Shown here: positions 6,367 to 14,913 of the stretch, piece after piece | Numbering within the stretch: position 1 is the stretch's first letter | Layout of the letters: each line of letters starts with the position of its first letter | Assembly (NCBI GenBank): GCA_038061215.1 | Contig: JBBTZV010000021.1 | Coordinates: 1-29,506, forward strand | Direction: 5' to 3' | DNA: 29,506 bases | From: Patescibacteria group bacterium | GTDB lineage: Bacteria > Patescibacteriota > Minisyncoccia > UBA6257 > UBA9933 | Position numbers and translations under genes: made by a program | Notes under the pieces: model-generated | The model's database searches: none | Told to the model about the DNA's origin: nothing | The model's input: the letters and a program-made list of their open reading frames with translations, nothing else

Positions 6367-7923
6367 ATGTCAAAACGAACGGTAATCTTAATTGTTTTGG
6401 ACGGCTGGGGCATCGGGCCAAAAGACGCGTCAAACGCGATTTACGCGGCAGACCCAAAAAACATCAACCAGCTTAAAACCAATTTTCCTTCAGGCGCTTT
6501 GCAGGCCTCGGGAATCGCCGTCGGCCTTCCTTGGGGCGAAGAAGGCAACAGCGAAGTCGGGCATTTGAATATGGGCGCAGGTAAAGTAATTTACCAAAAT
6601 TATCCGAAAATCACTTTGGCGATTCGCGACGGCAGTTTTTTTGAAAATAAAATCTTGAAAGAAACTTTTGAGCACGCCAAAAAAAACGATTCAGCGGTTA
6701 ATTTAATAGGATTGCTGACCGAAGCCAATGTCCACGCGTCCCTTGAACATCTGGAGGCCTTAATTAAATTCAGCCAAGACGAAAACGCGCCTAAAATCAA
6801 TCTTCATTTGATTACCGACGGCCGCGACAGTCCGCCGCAAAGCGCTTTGAATTTATTAAAACGCATTCCTTTTTCCGAAAAAGTAAAATTAGCCAGTATT
6901 GCCGGCCGATATTACGCCATGGACCGCGACAAACTCTGGGACAGGACGCAAAAATATTATTCAACAATCACAGGCGAAGGAATTTTAATTGACAATCTTG
7001 AAAACCATTTCAATCAAACTTATCAAAAAGGATTAAATGACGAATATATTTTACCGATTTTATTCGGAACTGAAAAAAATTTCATTAAAGACAATGACGC
7101 GATTTTATTTTTCAATTTTCGCGAAGACCGGATGCGCCAGCTGGTTGAAACTTTTATCAATAAAAAATTCGCTCAATTCCCTGTTAAAAATTTTTCCAAT
7201 CTCCATATAACCGCGCTTATCGAATACGACAAGAATTTCAAGATGCCGGTTGCTTTTCCACCGGAAACTATTGACAATCCAATTGGCAAAATTCTGGCTG
7301 ATAGCGGCAAAAATCAATTAAGAATCGCAGAAACTGAAAAATACGCCCACATTACTTACTTTTTTAACGGCGAAAGAGAATCGCCTTTTGAAAACGAATA
7401 TCGGGTGCTGATTCCCTCAATAGCCGAAGTGCGCCATGACGCCCATCCGGAAATGAGAGCCAAAGAAATCGCCGACCGCGTCATAACGGCAATGGAAGAA
7501 GAAAGTTATGATTTTATATTGGTGAATTTAGCCAATGCCGATATGGTGGCGCATACCGGAAATTACGAAGCCACGATTTCCGCGATTAAAGCCGTTGACG
7601 AACAAATCAACAGAATTTCAAAAACTGCTTTGGAACAAAACGATATTTTAATCATCACTTCCGACCACGGCAACGCGGAGAGATTGTTTAACCCAAAAAC
7701 CGGCGAACCGGAAACGAAACACGACCCGAATCCGGTGCCGGTTTATCTGGTGGCGAATGAATTCAAGCGCGAAAGAAGTTTAAGGGAAATTGAGGATGCG
7801 GAATCCGCTCCCATCGGCCTTTTATCAGACATCGCTCCGACAATTCTGGAATTGATGAAAATCTCAAAACCGAAAGAAATGACCGGCCAAAGCCTCGTCA
7901 AATTTTTAATTTCAAATTATTGA
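6367..7923 (+). CDS. gpmI: 2,3-bisphosphoglycerate-independent phosphoglycerate mutase
   Basis: LDGWG, GNSEVGH, DGRD, GRYYAMDRD, AETEKYAHITYFFNG, NADMVAHTG, SDHGNAE. Confidence 0.97.
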   Translation: MSKRTVILIVLDGWGIGPKDASNAIYAADPKNINQLKTNFPSGALQASGIAVGLPWGEEGNSEVGHLNMGAGKVIYQNYPKITLAIRDGSFFENKILKETFEHAKKNDSAVNLIGLLTEANVHASLEHLEALIKFSQDENAPKINLHLITDGRDSPPQSALNLLKRIPFSEKVKLASIAGRYYAMDRDKLWDRTQKYYSTITGEGILIDNLENHFNQTYQKGLNDEYILPILFGTEKNFIKDNDAILFFNFREDRMRQLVETFINKKFAQFPVKNFSNLHITALIEYDKNFKMPVAFPPETIDNPIGKILADSGKNQLRIAETEKYAHITYFFNGERESPFENEYRVLIPSIAEVRHDAHPEMRAKEIADRVITAMEEESYDFILVNLANADMVAHTGNYEATISAIKAVDEQINRISKTALEQNDILIITSDHGNAERLFNPKTGEPETKHDPNPVPVYLVANEFKRERSLREIEDAESAPIGLLSDIAPTILELMKISKPKEMTGQSLVKFLISNY

Positions 7924-9148
7924 TTTTCAATAACCGTTCGTACTTCGCCAATCTTTCCGGATTTGCCGGAGCGCCGGCTTTTATCCCCCAAGCGCCGACT
8001 CCGACAGCCAAATCAGCAATAAAATCATCAAGTGTTTCCACGCTTCGATGAGAAACAATAGTTTGCCAATTATTTTCATAGGCCAGTTTTACGACTTTTA
8101 AAGTTTCGGTTAGAGTGCCAATTTGATTCGGTTTTATCAAAATCGCGTTGCCGGATTTTTGAGCAATGGCGGTTTTCAATCTTTCGGAGTTGGTAGTTGT
8201 CAAATCATCAGCGATAATTAAAATTTCTTTTTTATTCGCCGCTATCCTATTGGATAGCGCGGAAAAATCATCAAACGCCTCTTCGCAAAACGGATCTTCT
8301 ATTGAAATAATATTGTGAGTCTCTATTAATCTTAAATAATATTCCCTTAATTCATCGCTTGAATATTTTTTCCCGCCAATTAAATAATGGTCCTCTTTAA
8401 AAAACTGGGAAGCGGCGACATCCAAGCCGATTCTTAATGGATGTTTATATTTTTCTATAACTTCGGCAATACATTCAATGGCTTCTTCGTTGTTTTTGAA
8501 AGGCGCGCTATAACCCGCTTCATCGCCCAAAACCACATTTTCTTTGCCGAATTTTTCCCTTAAATAATCGCCTAATTTCCGATAAAAAATCTTCCCCAAA
8601 CTGAATCCCAAATTAAAATCATCGGCTTCCGGAATAACCTGAAATTCCTGAAAACTTAATTTACTTTCCTGATGAGCGGCATGCGCGCCGCCGTTGATGA
8701 CATTGAAAATTGGCCGCGGCCAATTTAACATTTGACCATTGACCTTTGACATTTGACTAATATATTCAAACAATTCTAATCCTTCAAATCTTGCTCTTAA
8801 TCTCGCCCAAGCCAAAGACAAGGCCAAAATCAAATTTCCGCCCAAATTGCTTTTAGCTTGCCCTGAGCTTGTCGAAGAGGTTCCGTCCAGCGCGATTAAA
8901 AAATTGTCTAAATCTTCTTGCGTTTCAATCCGCCCGCTGGCGGACGCAGCCAAAATCTGCGACTTTATTTCTTCAAATTTTTTAAGCGCTAATTTCGGCT
9001 CCAAAACAAACGCCTCGTGCGTTCCAACGCTTTTGCCGGCCGGCACGCTGGCTTTGGCTGAAAAATCTTCGCTTATTAATTCCGCTTCCAAAGTATCTTT
9101 GCCGCGGGAATCTTTAATTATTTTCAGGTTAGCATCAATAATTTTCAT
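7898..9148 (-). CDS. eno: enolase (divergent, catalytic residues retained)
   Basis: DSRG, NGGAHA, QEF, GDEAG, LDVAAS, SIEDP, ADDL, IKPNQIGTL, VSHRS, RLAKY. Its 3' end overlaps gpmI convergently by 26 bp. Confidence 0.93.
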   Translation of the reverse strand: MKIIDANLKIIKDSRGKDTLEAELISEDFSAKASVPAGKSVGTHEAFVLEPKLALKKFEEIKSQILAASASGRIETQEDLDNFLIALDGTSSTSSGQAKSNLGGNLILALSLAWARLRARFEGLELFEYISQMSKVNGQMLNWPRPIFNVINGGAHAAHQESKLSFQEFQVIPEADDFNLGFSLGKIFYRKLGDYLREKFGKENVVLGDEAGYSAPFKNNEEAIECIAEVIEKYKHPLRIGLDVAASQFFKEDHYLIGGKKYSSDELREYYLRLIETHNIISIEDPFCEEAFDDFSALSNRIAANKKEILIIADDLTTTNSERLKTAIAQKSGNAILIKPNQIGTLTETLKVVKLAYENNWQTIVSHRSVETLDDFIADLAVGVGAWGIKAGAPANPERLAKYERLLKINNLKLKI

Positions 9149-9393
9149 TGATAATGATTATTAATGTCGATAATTTCAATAGCGTCTTTTTCGCGAAAAA
9201 TAAAAATTGCCCGATATTTTCGGTCAATTCTAAAACTCCAAATTCGCATTTTTCTCGGTTCAAGAAGTTCTGTTTCCAAGCCAGGATGAAATGGATTTTT
9301 CTCGAAAAGATTTTTCTGTTTTACAAATTTCTTCTCTAATTTTCTCTTTTTAAGATAATCTTCAATTTCATTATGAATAGGAAGAATTTTCAT
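9145..9393 (-). CDS. RelE/ParE-superfamily (YoeB/Txe-like) toxin
   Basis: 82 aa; NPFHPGLETELL..WSFRIDRKYRAIF..IIDINNHY is the typical RelE-fold signature. Confidence 0.8.
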   Translation of the reverse strand: MKILPIHNEIEDYLKKRKLEKKFVKQKNLFEKNPFHPGLETELLEPRKMRIWSFRIDRKYRAIFIFREKDAIEIIDINNHYQ

Positions 9394-9614
9394 TTTTTGA
9401 AATAAGAAGAGCGCCTTAACCCATTTTTTACTCCTTCAATAAATTGGCGATTATATTTTTTAGTCGCCCTAAAAGCGCTGATAATTTCGCTGATATTTTT
9501 GGTTGGCGGCGGAGAAAAAATATCGCCCTCCAAGAGCTGACTCAAATATTCATATCGAAGCGCCTTATCAAGCACTTTTTGATATTCTTTTTTAGAAATT
9601 GTTATGGTGGTCAT
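9390..9614 (-). CDS. putative antitoxin
   Basis: 74 aa, ATGA-coupled upstream of the toxin, behind a consensus promoter. Family not recognised. Confidence 0.6.
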   Translation of the reverse strand: MTTITISKKEYQKVLDKALRYEYLSQLLEGDIFSPPPTKNISEIISAFRATKKYNRQFIEGVKNGLRRSSYFKK

Positions 9615-9634
9615 ATTGATATTTCATGTTTTTA

Positions 9635-9662
9635 ATTATATTTTACTAAATTTCTTTGTCAA
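9635..9662 (-). promoter_or_regulatory. consensus sigma70 promoter of the TA-eno unit
   Basis: Minus strand TTGACA-N16-TATAAT. Confidence 0.75.
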
Positions 9663-9703
9663 CTTAAAAAATCAAAAGCAGTTAAGGCGCGTATTTAATT
9701 AAT

Positions 9704-10336
9704 TCAGATAACTTTATTCGCAATCAAAAACTCTTTCACAATCTCAAAAATTTTCTGGTGGCCGGCGGAATTGGGATGTTGTCCGTCTTCTAATAGATTT
9801 TTATAATCAGAATTTATAAATTCTTCAAAAACATCAATAAAAGGAATCTCATTCCCCCGGCAGATGGATTTTATAATTTTGTCATATTGAACAATATGTT
9901 CATTTTTATAAGATTTGTCAGGCGCCCATGGAATTGGAATTGTTTTTGATTCATCTGCCGGCAACAAACCGACGAATAAAATTTTCGAAGCGTATTTCTC
10001 GGCTAATTTTATTAATTTTTGAATATTTTCCTTAAATCTGTCTTGCGAAATCTGGTATTGATTTCTATTGTCAATAAAAGTGGCATCATTTCCTCCGATT
10101 GAAAAAATAATAACAGTGTCTTCTTTTTCCTTTATTCTTTGCTTTGTTTCAAATTCAAATCTTTCCAATAAATCCTCGCTTGTGTCTCCAGAAATTCCCA
10201 AATTATAAACCAAACAATAAAAATCCTGCTCTATTAGAGTTTTCTCATCTAAAAATTTCCTCAATCTTTGTGCCCATCCGCCTTCTCTATCCCATACCCC
10301 ATAAGTTATGCTATCGCCGAAAACTAAAATTCTCAT
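9704..10336 (-). CDS. SGNH/GDSL-family hydrolase
   Basis: Blocks FGDSIT, NLGISGD, IGGND and DGQHPN (S-G-N-H residues). Confidence 0.92.
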   Translation of the reverse strand: MRILVFGDSITYGVWDREGGWAQRLRKFLDEKTLIEQDFYCLVYNLGISGDTSEDLLERFEFETKQRIKEKEDTVIIFSIGGNDATFIDNRNQYQISQDRFKENIQKLIKLAEKYASKILFVGLLPADESKTIPIPWAPDKSYKNEHIVQYDKIIKSICRGNEIPFIDVFEEFINSDYKNLLEDGQHPNSAGHQKIFEIVKEFLIANKVI

Positions 10337-12795
10337 TTTATCTTTTTTTCTTTTTCGTAAACCGCCAAAGTGGTTTTAATAACCGTATCCGGATTTAAAG
10401 AAATGCTTTCGATTCCTTGTTCCACTAAAAATTCGGCAAAATCTTCGTAATCTGACGGCGCTTGGCCGCAAATGCCGATATATTTGTTTTTTTCTTTGCA
10501 TTTTTTAATGACTTCGCTAATCAATTTTTTGACTGATTCGTCTTTCTCATTGGTGATACTTCTAATCATTTCATTGCCGTCTCTGTCAATGCCAACGGTT
10601 AATTGCGTCAAATCATTTGAACCAATGCTCATCCCGTCAAAAATATCCAAAAATTCATCGGCTAAGATAACATTTGACGGTATCTCGCACATTACATAAA
10701 CTTTAAGCCCTTGTTCGCGGCTTAAGCCATTTTTCCTCATAATTTCCAAAACTTTTTTTCCTTCTTCTGGAGTGCGGCAAAAAGGAATCATTGCTTCCAC
10801 ATTATTCAAGCCCATTTCTTCGCGGACTTTTTTGACGGCTTTGACTTCCAATTCAAAGGCCGGCGCGAAATTCGGATGATAATATCTTGAAGCGCCGCGC
10901 CAACCAAGCATCGGATTTTCTTCTTGCGGTTCGTATAATTCGCCACCGATAAGCGAGCGATATTCATTAGTCTTAAAATCGGAAAACCTGACAATCACCG
11001 GATTGGGATAAAAAGCCGCGGCGATTTTAGCGATGCCATAGGCAAGTTTATCCACATAAAATTGAGTTTTATTTTTATAACCGATTATTTTTTTATTTAT
11101 TTGAGTTTTTAATTTTTTATTTTTTATTTTAAGTTTATCGTAATTAATCAGCGCCATCGGATGTATTCCAATGTCCGAAGCGATAATAAATTCTTCCCTC
11201 GCCAATCCCACGCCATCATTAGGCAAAAACGACTTTTCAAAAGCGGTTTCCGGAGTGGCGATATTGAGCATTATTTTTGTTTTTGTCCGCCAGCTGGCGG
11301 ATTGGAATTTTTTAACATTGTGTTCTATTATTTTAAATTCCAAATCGCCGTCATAAACAAATCCCTCGTTGCCGGTCGTGTCAACGGTTATTGTCCGACC
11401 GGTTTTAATTTTTTTGGTGGCGTTTCCGCTGCCGACAATGCAAGGTATGCCCAATTCGCGGCTCACTATCGCGGCGTGGCTTGTTCTTCCTCCTTTGTCC
11501 GTAATAATCGCCGAAGCCATTTTCATAATCGGCTCCCAATCGGGGTCGGTCATATCGGTAACTAAAATTTCTCCAGCCTTGAATTTGTTGATGTTTTTCG
11601 CGTCTAAAATCATCCGCGCCCTGCCAGAAGCAATTTTACTTCCCACCGAAGCGCCTTTGACTAAAACATTTGACCTTTGCCCTTTGACATCTGACAAAAT
11701 ATATTCTTTTATTTTTGAAAAATCGCGGCCCGCGTGAATTGTTTCCGGCCTTGCTTGAACAATGAACAGTTCGCCTGTTCGACCGTCTTTTGCCCATTCC
11801 AAATCCATTGGCGTCCATTTGCCGTTTTTGTTTGAATAATGCTCTTCAACCAAAACCCCCCATTTCGCCAACCGCAAAATTTCTTCATCTGATAAGGCAA
11901 AATTTTCCTTTTCTTTTTGCGAAGTTTTTATAATTTTCGTGTTTTTTACCGAAATCCCCCGGCCTTCCGAATAAACCATTTTTCTGTTTTTGACACCGAG
12001 TTTTTTATCAATAATCGGTTTATATTCCAATTCGCCCAATTTTTTTTTAAATATTAAAAATTCGTCCGGCGTCACTTCGCCTTGCACAATCATTTCGCCC
12101 AATCCCCAAGAGCCGTTTATCAAAACCGCGTCTCTAAAACCGGATTCGGTATCCAGAGTAAACATCACGCCGGAACATCCGAGATCTGAACGCACCATTT
12201 TTTGAACTCCGACTGAAAGCGCGACTTTAAAATGGTTAAAACCCTTGTCAACTCTGTAAGAAATCGCCCTGTCGGTGAAAAGCGAAGCCATTGCCGATTT
12301 CACAGATTTTAAAATTTCGCCGTCTCCGCGGATATTCAAATAAGTTTCATGTTCGCCGGCAAATGACGCGCCCGGCAAATCTTCGGCAGTCGCGCTGGAA
12401 CGCACCGCCACATCGGCATTTTTGCCGTATTCGTCTTCCATATTCCGATAAGCCGTCACTATTTCCTGCCTTAAATCGCTTGGAAATTCTGATTTTTTTA
12501 TCGCTTCCCTGATGACCTTGCCGCGCTTCGCCAAATCTTTTAAATTTTTCGTATTTAATTCTTTTAAAATTTCTTTAATAAATTTTTTTAAAGAAAATTG
12601 CTTGTTGTTTATTGTAAGTTGCGAATTTTTTAAAAAATATTTATACGCGCTGGCCGTCACTATAAATCCGCCGGGAATTTTCACTCCTTTCGGCGTCAAA
12701 TTTTGAATCATCTCGCCGAGAGAGGCGTTTTTCCCGCCCGCCTCGGAAACGTCTTTAATACCGACATCTTTAAGTTGTTTGATAAATGGCTTCAT
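10333..12795 (-). CDS. ppsA: phosphoenolpyruvate synthase (pyruvate, water dikinase)
   Basis: GGKNASLGEM, VRSSATAEDLP, GGRTSHAAIVSRELG, EENPMLGWRGASRY, SIGSNDLTQL, GICGQAPSD. Confidence 0.97.
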   Translation of the reverse strand: MKPFIKQLKDVGIKDVSEAGGKNASLGEMIQNLTPKGVKIPGGFIVTASAYKYFLKNSQLTINNKQFSLKKFIKEILKELNTKNLKDLAKRGKVIREAIKKSEFPSDLRQEIVTAYRNMEDEYGKNADVAVRSSATAEDLPGASFAGEHETYLNIRGDGEILKSVKSAMASLFTDRAISYRVDKGFNHFKVALSVGVQKMVRSDLGCSGVMFTLDTESGFRDAVLINGSWGLGEMIVQGEVTPDEFLIFKKKLGELEYKPIIDKKLGVKNRKMVYSEGRGISVKNTKIIKTSQKEKENFALSDEEILRLAKWGVLVEEHYSNKNGKWTPMDLEWAKDGRTGELFIVQARPETIHAGRDFSKIKEYILSDVKGQRSNVLVKGASVGSKIASGRARMILDAKNINKFKAGEILVTDMTDPDWEPIMKMASAIITDKGGRTSHAAIVSRELGIPCIVGSGNATKKIKTGRTITVDTTGNEGFVYDGDLEFKIIEHNVKKFQSASWRTKTKIMLNIATPETAFEKSFLPNDGVGLAREEFIIASDIGIHPMALINYDKLKIKNKKLKTQINKKIIGYKNKTQFYVDKLAYGIAKIAAAFYPNPVIVRFSDFKTNEYRSLIGGELYEPQEENPMLGWRGASRYYHPNFAPAFELEVKAVKKVREEMGLNNVEAMIPFCRTPEEGKKVLEIMRKNGLSREQGLKVYVMCEIPSNVILADEFLDIFDGMSIGSNDLTQLTVGIDRDGNEMIRSITNEKDESVKKLISEVIKKCKEKNKYIGICGQAPSDYEDFAEFLVEQGIESISLNPDTVIKTTLAVYEKEKKIK

Positions 12796-12804
12796 TTTTT
12801 AATA

Positions 12805-14181
12805 TTACTCATTTAACGAACTCAGAACAAGCATGAGGTCCGCCACATTAAAACATTTTTTTTCGGCGAAAATCAAATCGCCGGTTTTTTTGAAGAAATT
12901 GAAAGAATCGTGATTTTCTAAAAATTCTTTCGGTTTTAATTTTAATTTTTTTGCTTTTTCTAAAGTTAAAAAATCGCCAATCGCTCCGGCGGCTTCGGTA
13001 TTATCAAAACCATCAGACGCAAAAGACATTATTGCTAAATTTTGACATCTAAAACCTGACATCTGACATTTAACCAATGCGCCCAATACTGCTTCCATAT
13101 TTCTTCCTCCCCTCTCCGCCTTTATTTCATGTTTTTTCAGAGTAACTGTTGTTTCTCCGGCAGCAATTAAAGCTTCGCCCATCTTAACTTTTGCCGTCAT
13201 CGATAATAACGCCGCGCTTGCTTCTCCTTCAAGCGCCAAGGAATAAATTTTCGGCTTAAAACCCAATTCTTCGGCCTTACTCACCATTGCCATTACAGCA
13301 TCTTGATTGCAGGCAAATAAAATATTTTTTACATTTTTAAAATAATTTTCATACCCGGTAGTAGAACTGCGTTCACTACGGGGCTTCGCTTTCGGCGTTT
13401 CGTATAATTTAAATTTATCCGGATTAAACCCGTATTTTTTTAAAATTTTTTCCGCGTCTTTTTTCGCCGTTTTATCATAAACCGTCGGACCTGAAGCCAC
13501 ATTGGACAAATCATTGCCGCAAACATCAGAAACTATCAATGAAATAACCGTTGCCGGACAAGCCATTTTCGCCAAACCGCCGCCTTTAAATTCCGACAAA
13601 TGTTTTCTAACGGTATTCAGCTCATTTATATTCGCGCCTGCTCTCGTTAATTCTTTTATCGCCAGAATGGAATTTTTTAATTCTTCTTTTGAAGCGCAAG
13701 CCAAAGCCGAACCGCCGCCGCAAATAAAAGCAATCAATAAATCTTTTCCAGTTAAGCTTTTAACCAATTTAATGATTTCTTGAGTGGCTTTGATGTTTTG
13801 TTTTGAAGGCAAGGGATGAGTACCTACAAAAGTTTTGAGCTTATAAGCTTTTAAGCTTTTAAGCTTATTAACATCTAAAGCGATTCCACCGGTTAATTTT
13901 TTGCCTAAAATTTTTGCCGAAGCTGTAATTGCCAAAGCCGAACCCTTGCCTATTCCAACAATATAAATCCTTTCAAAATCATCAAGGTTGGTTTCTATTT
14001 CATTTTTCTTTTCGTCAAAAAAAGCCGTATGACCAATTTTTAATAAATTATCTTTTATCTTAATTCGTTCTGAAACAATTTTTTCTATATTAATGCCTTC
14101 ATAACCAGCTTCGGCAATTTTAAGCGCTTTTTTGCGAAATGAGTTTACGGCGAGATTTTTAAAATTAATTATATTTTTCAT
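12805..14181 (-). CDS. glycerate 2-kinase (TtuD/GckA type, DUF4147 + MOFRL)
   Basis: GIGKG, HPLP, ICGGGSAL, LNTVRKHLS.FKGGGLA, SDVCG.D...VASGPT, GGRN, SDGFD, NVADL. Confidence 0.92.
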   Translation of the reverse strand: MKNIINFKNLAVNSFRKKALKIAEAGYEGINIEKIVSERIKIKDNLLKIGHTAFFDEKKNEIETNLDDFERIYIVGIGKGSALAITASAKILGKKLTGGIALDVNKLKSLKAYKLKTFVGTHPLPSKQNIKATQEIIKLVKSLTGKDLLIAFICGGGSALACASKEELKNSILAIKELTRAGANINELNTVRKHLSEFKGGGLAKMACPATVISLIVSDVCGNDLSNVASGPTVYDKTAKKDAEKILKKYGFNPDKFKLYETPKAKPRSERSSTTGYENYFKNVKNILFACNQDAVMAMVSKAEELGFKPKIYSLALEGEASAALLSMTAKVKMGEALIAAGETTVTLKKHEIKAERGGRNMEAVLGALVKCQMSGFRCQNLAIMSFASDGFDNTEAAGAIGDFLTLEKAKKLKLKPKEFLENHDSFNFFKKTGDLIFAEKKCFNVADLMLVLSSLNE

Positions 14182-14184
14182 TTT

Positions 14185-14901
14185 TCAAACTAATAAAGCC
14201 GCGCCGATAGCGACGGAATCGGCCGATGTCGCTTTTTTAAATTTTATTTTTTCACTTTTTTCTTTCATTTTCTTGCTCAATTTTTCTTTTAATAGCCCGA
14301 AGAAATTTTTTCTTTTTAGGATTCCTCCGCCGATTACCACTATTTCAGGGCTGTATTTTTTTGCGATTAACGCAAGCCGATTGCCCAAAAACTCGGCCAA
14401 CGCAACGTCAGTTTTGAAATCACGAATACGCTGATATTTTTTTTCCCATTTTTCCGGATATTCAAATTTTTTTATTTTTTTTACTTTGCCGTTTTCGGCA
14501 AAAGCGCGGCCAATGCCGGTGCCAACGGTAAAACCCATTACTTTTTTCGCTTTAATGCCGTTTCCGAACTTCAATTCTCCGCTCAAAAAAACGCGGGCAT
14601 CATTGTCAATTTTCAGCGGCAAACGCGGGAAAATATCGCGAAAATTAAAATTTCTAAGATAAGAAATATTGGGGCTGAAAATAATTTTATTTTTTCCTAT
14701 TACTCCGGCCACGCCGATACCGACGCTTTTTATTTCACCGTTATTTCCAATTAATTTTTTTATTTTCGTTTTTAATATCTCAATAAATTCTTTTTTTATC
14801 TTTGGAGTTTTCGCGCTGAAAGCGCTGGTGATTTTTTTGCCGTTCCAAATAACCGCCCTGATTTTCGTCCCGCCGATGTCTATGCCGAGTTTATAATCCA
14901 T
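14185..14901 (-). CDS. ROK-family protein, shortened
   Basis: GIDIGGTK, GIGVAG, DNDA, TVGTGIG, VVIGGG present. The ExGH and CxCG segment is missing. Confidence 0.85.
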   Translation of the reverse strand: MDYKLGIDIGGTKIRAVIWNGKKITSAFSAKTPKIKKEFIEILKTKIKKLIGNNGEIKSVGIGVAGVIGKNKIIFSPNISYLRNFNFRDIFPRLPLKIDNDARVFLSGELKFGNGIKAKKVMGFTVGTGIGRAFAENGKVKKIKKFEYPEKWEKKYQRIRDFKTDVALAEFLGNRLALIAKKYSPEIVVIGGGILKRKNFFGLLKEKLSKKMKEKSEKIKFKKATSADSVAIGAALLV

Positions 14902-14913
14902 AAATATATTATA

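Noticed and set aside
7898-9148. Enolase as a pseudogene, given substitutions such as PAGKSVG, GDEAG and SHRSVE
   Set aside because: The ORF is intact, and the catalytic and Mg-binding residues (S, H, E, E, D, E, D, K, R, K equivalents) are all retained.
11085-11135. Lys-rich low-complexity stretch in ppsA (KLKIKNKKLKTQ) as a further heptamer array
   Set aside because: Almost pure A/T, so periodicity cannot be separated from compositional bias by eye; not counted.
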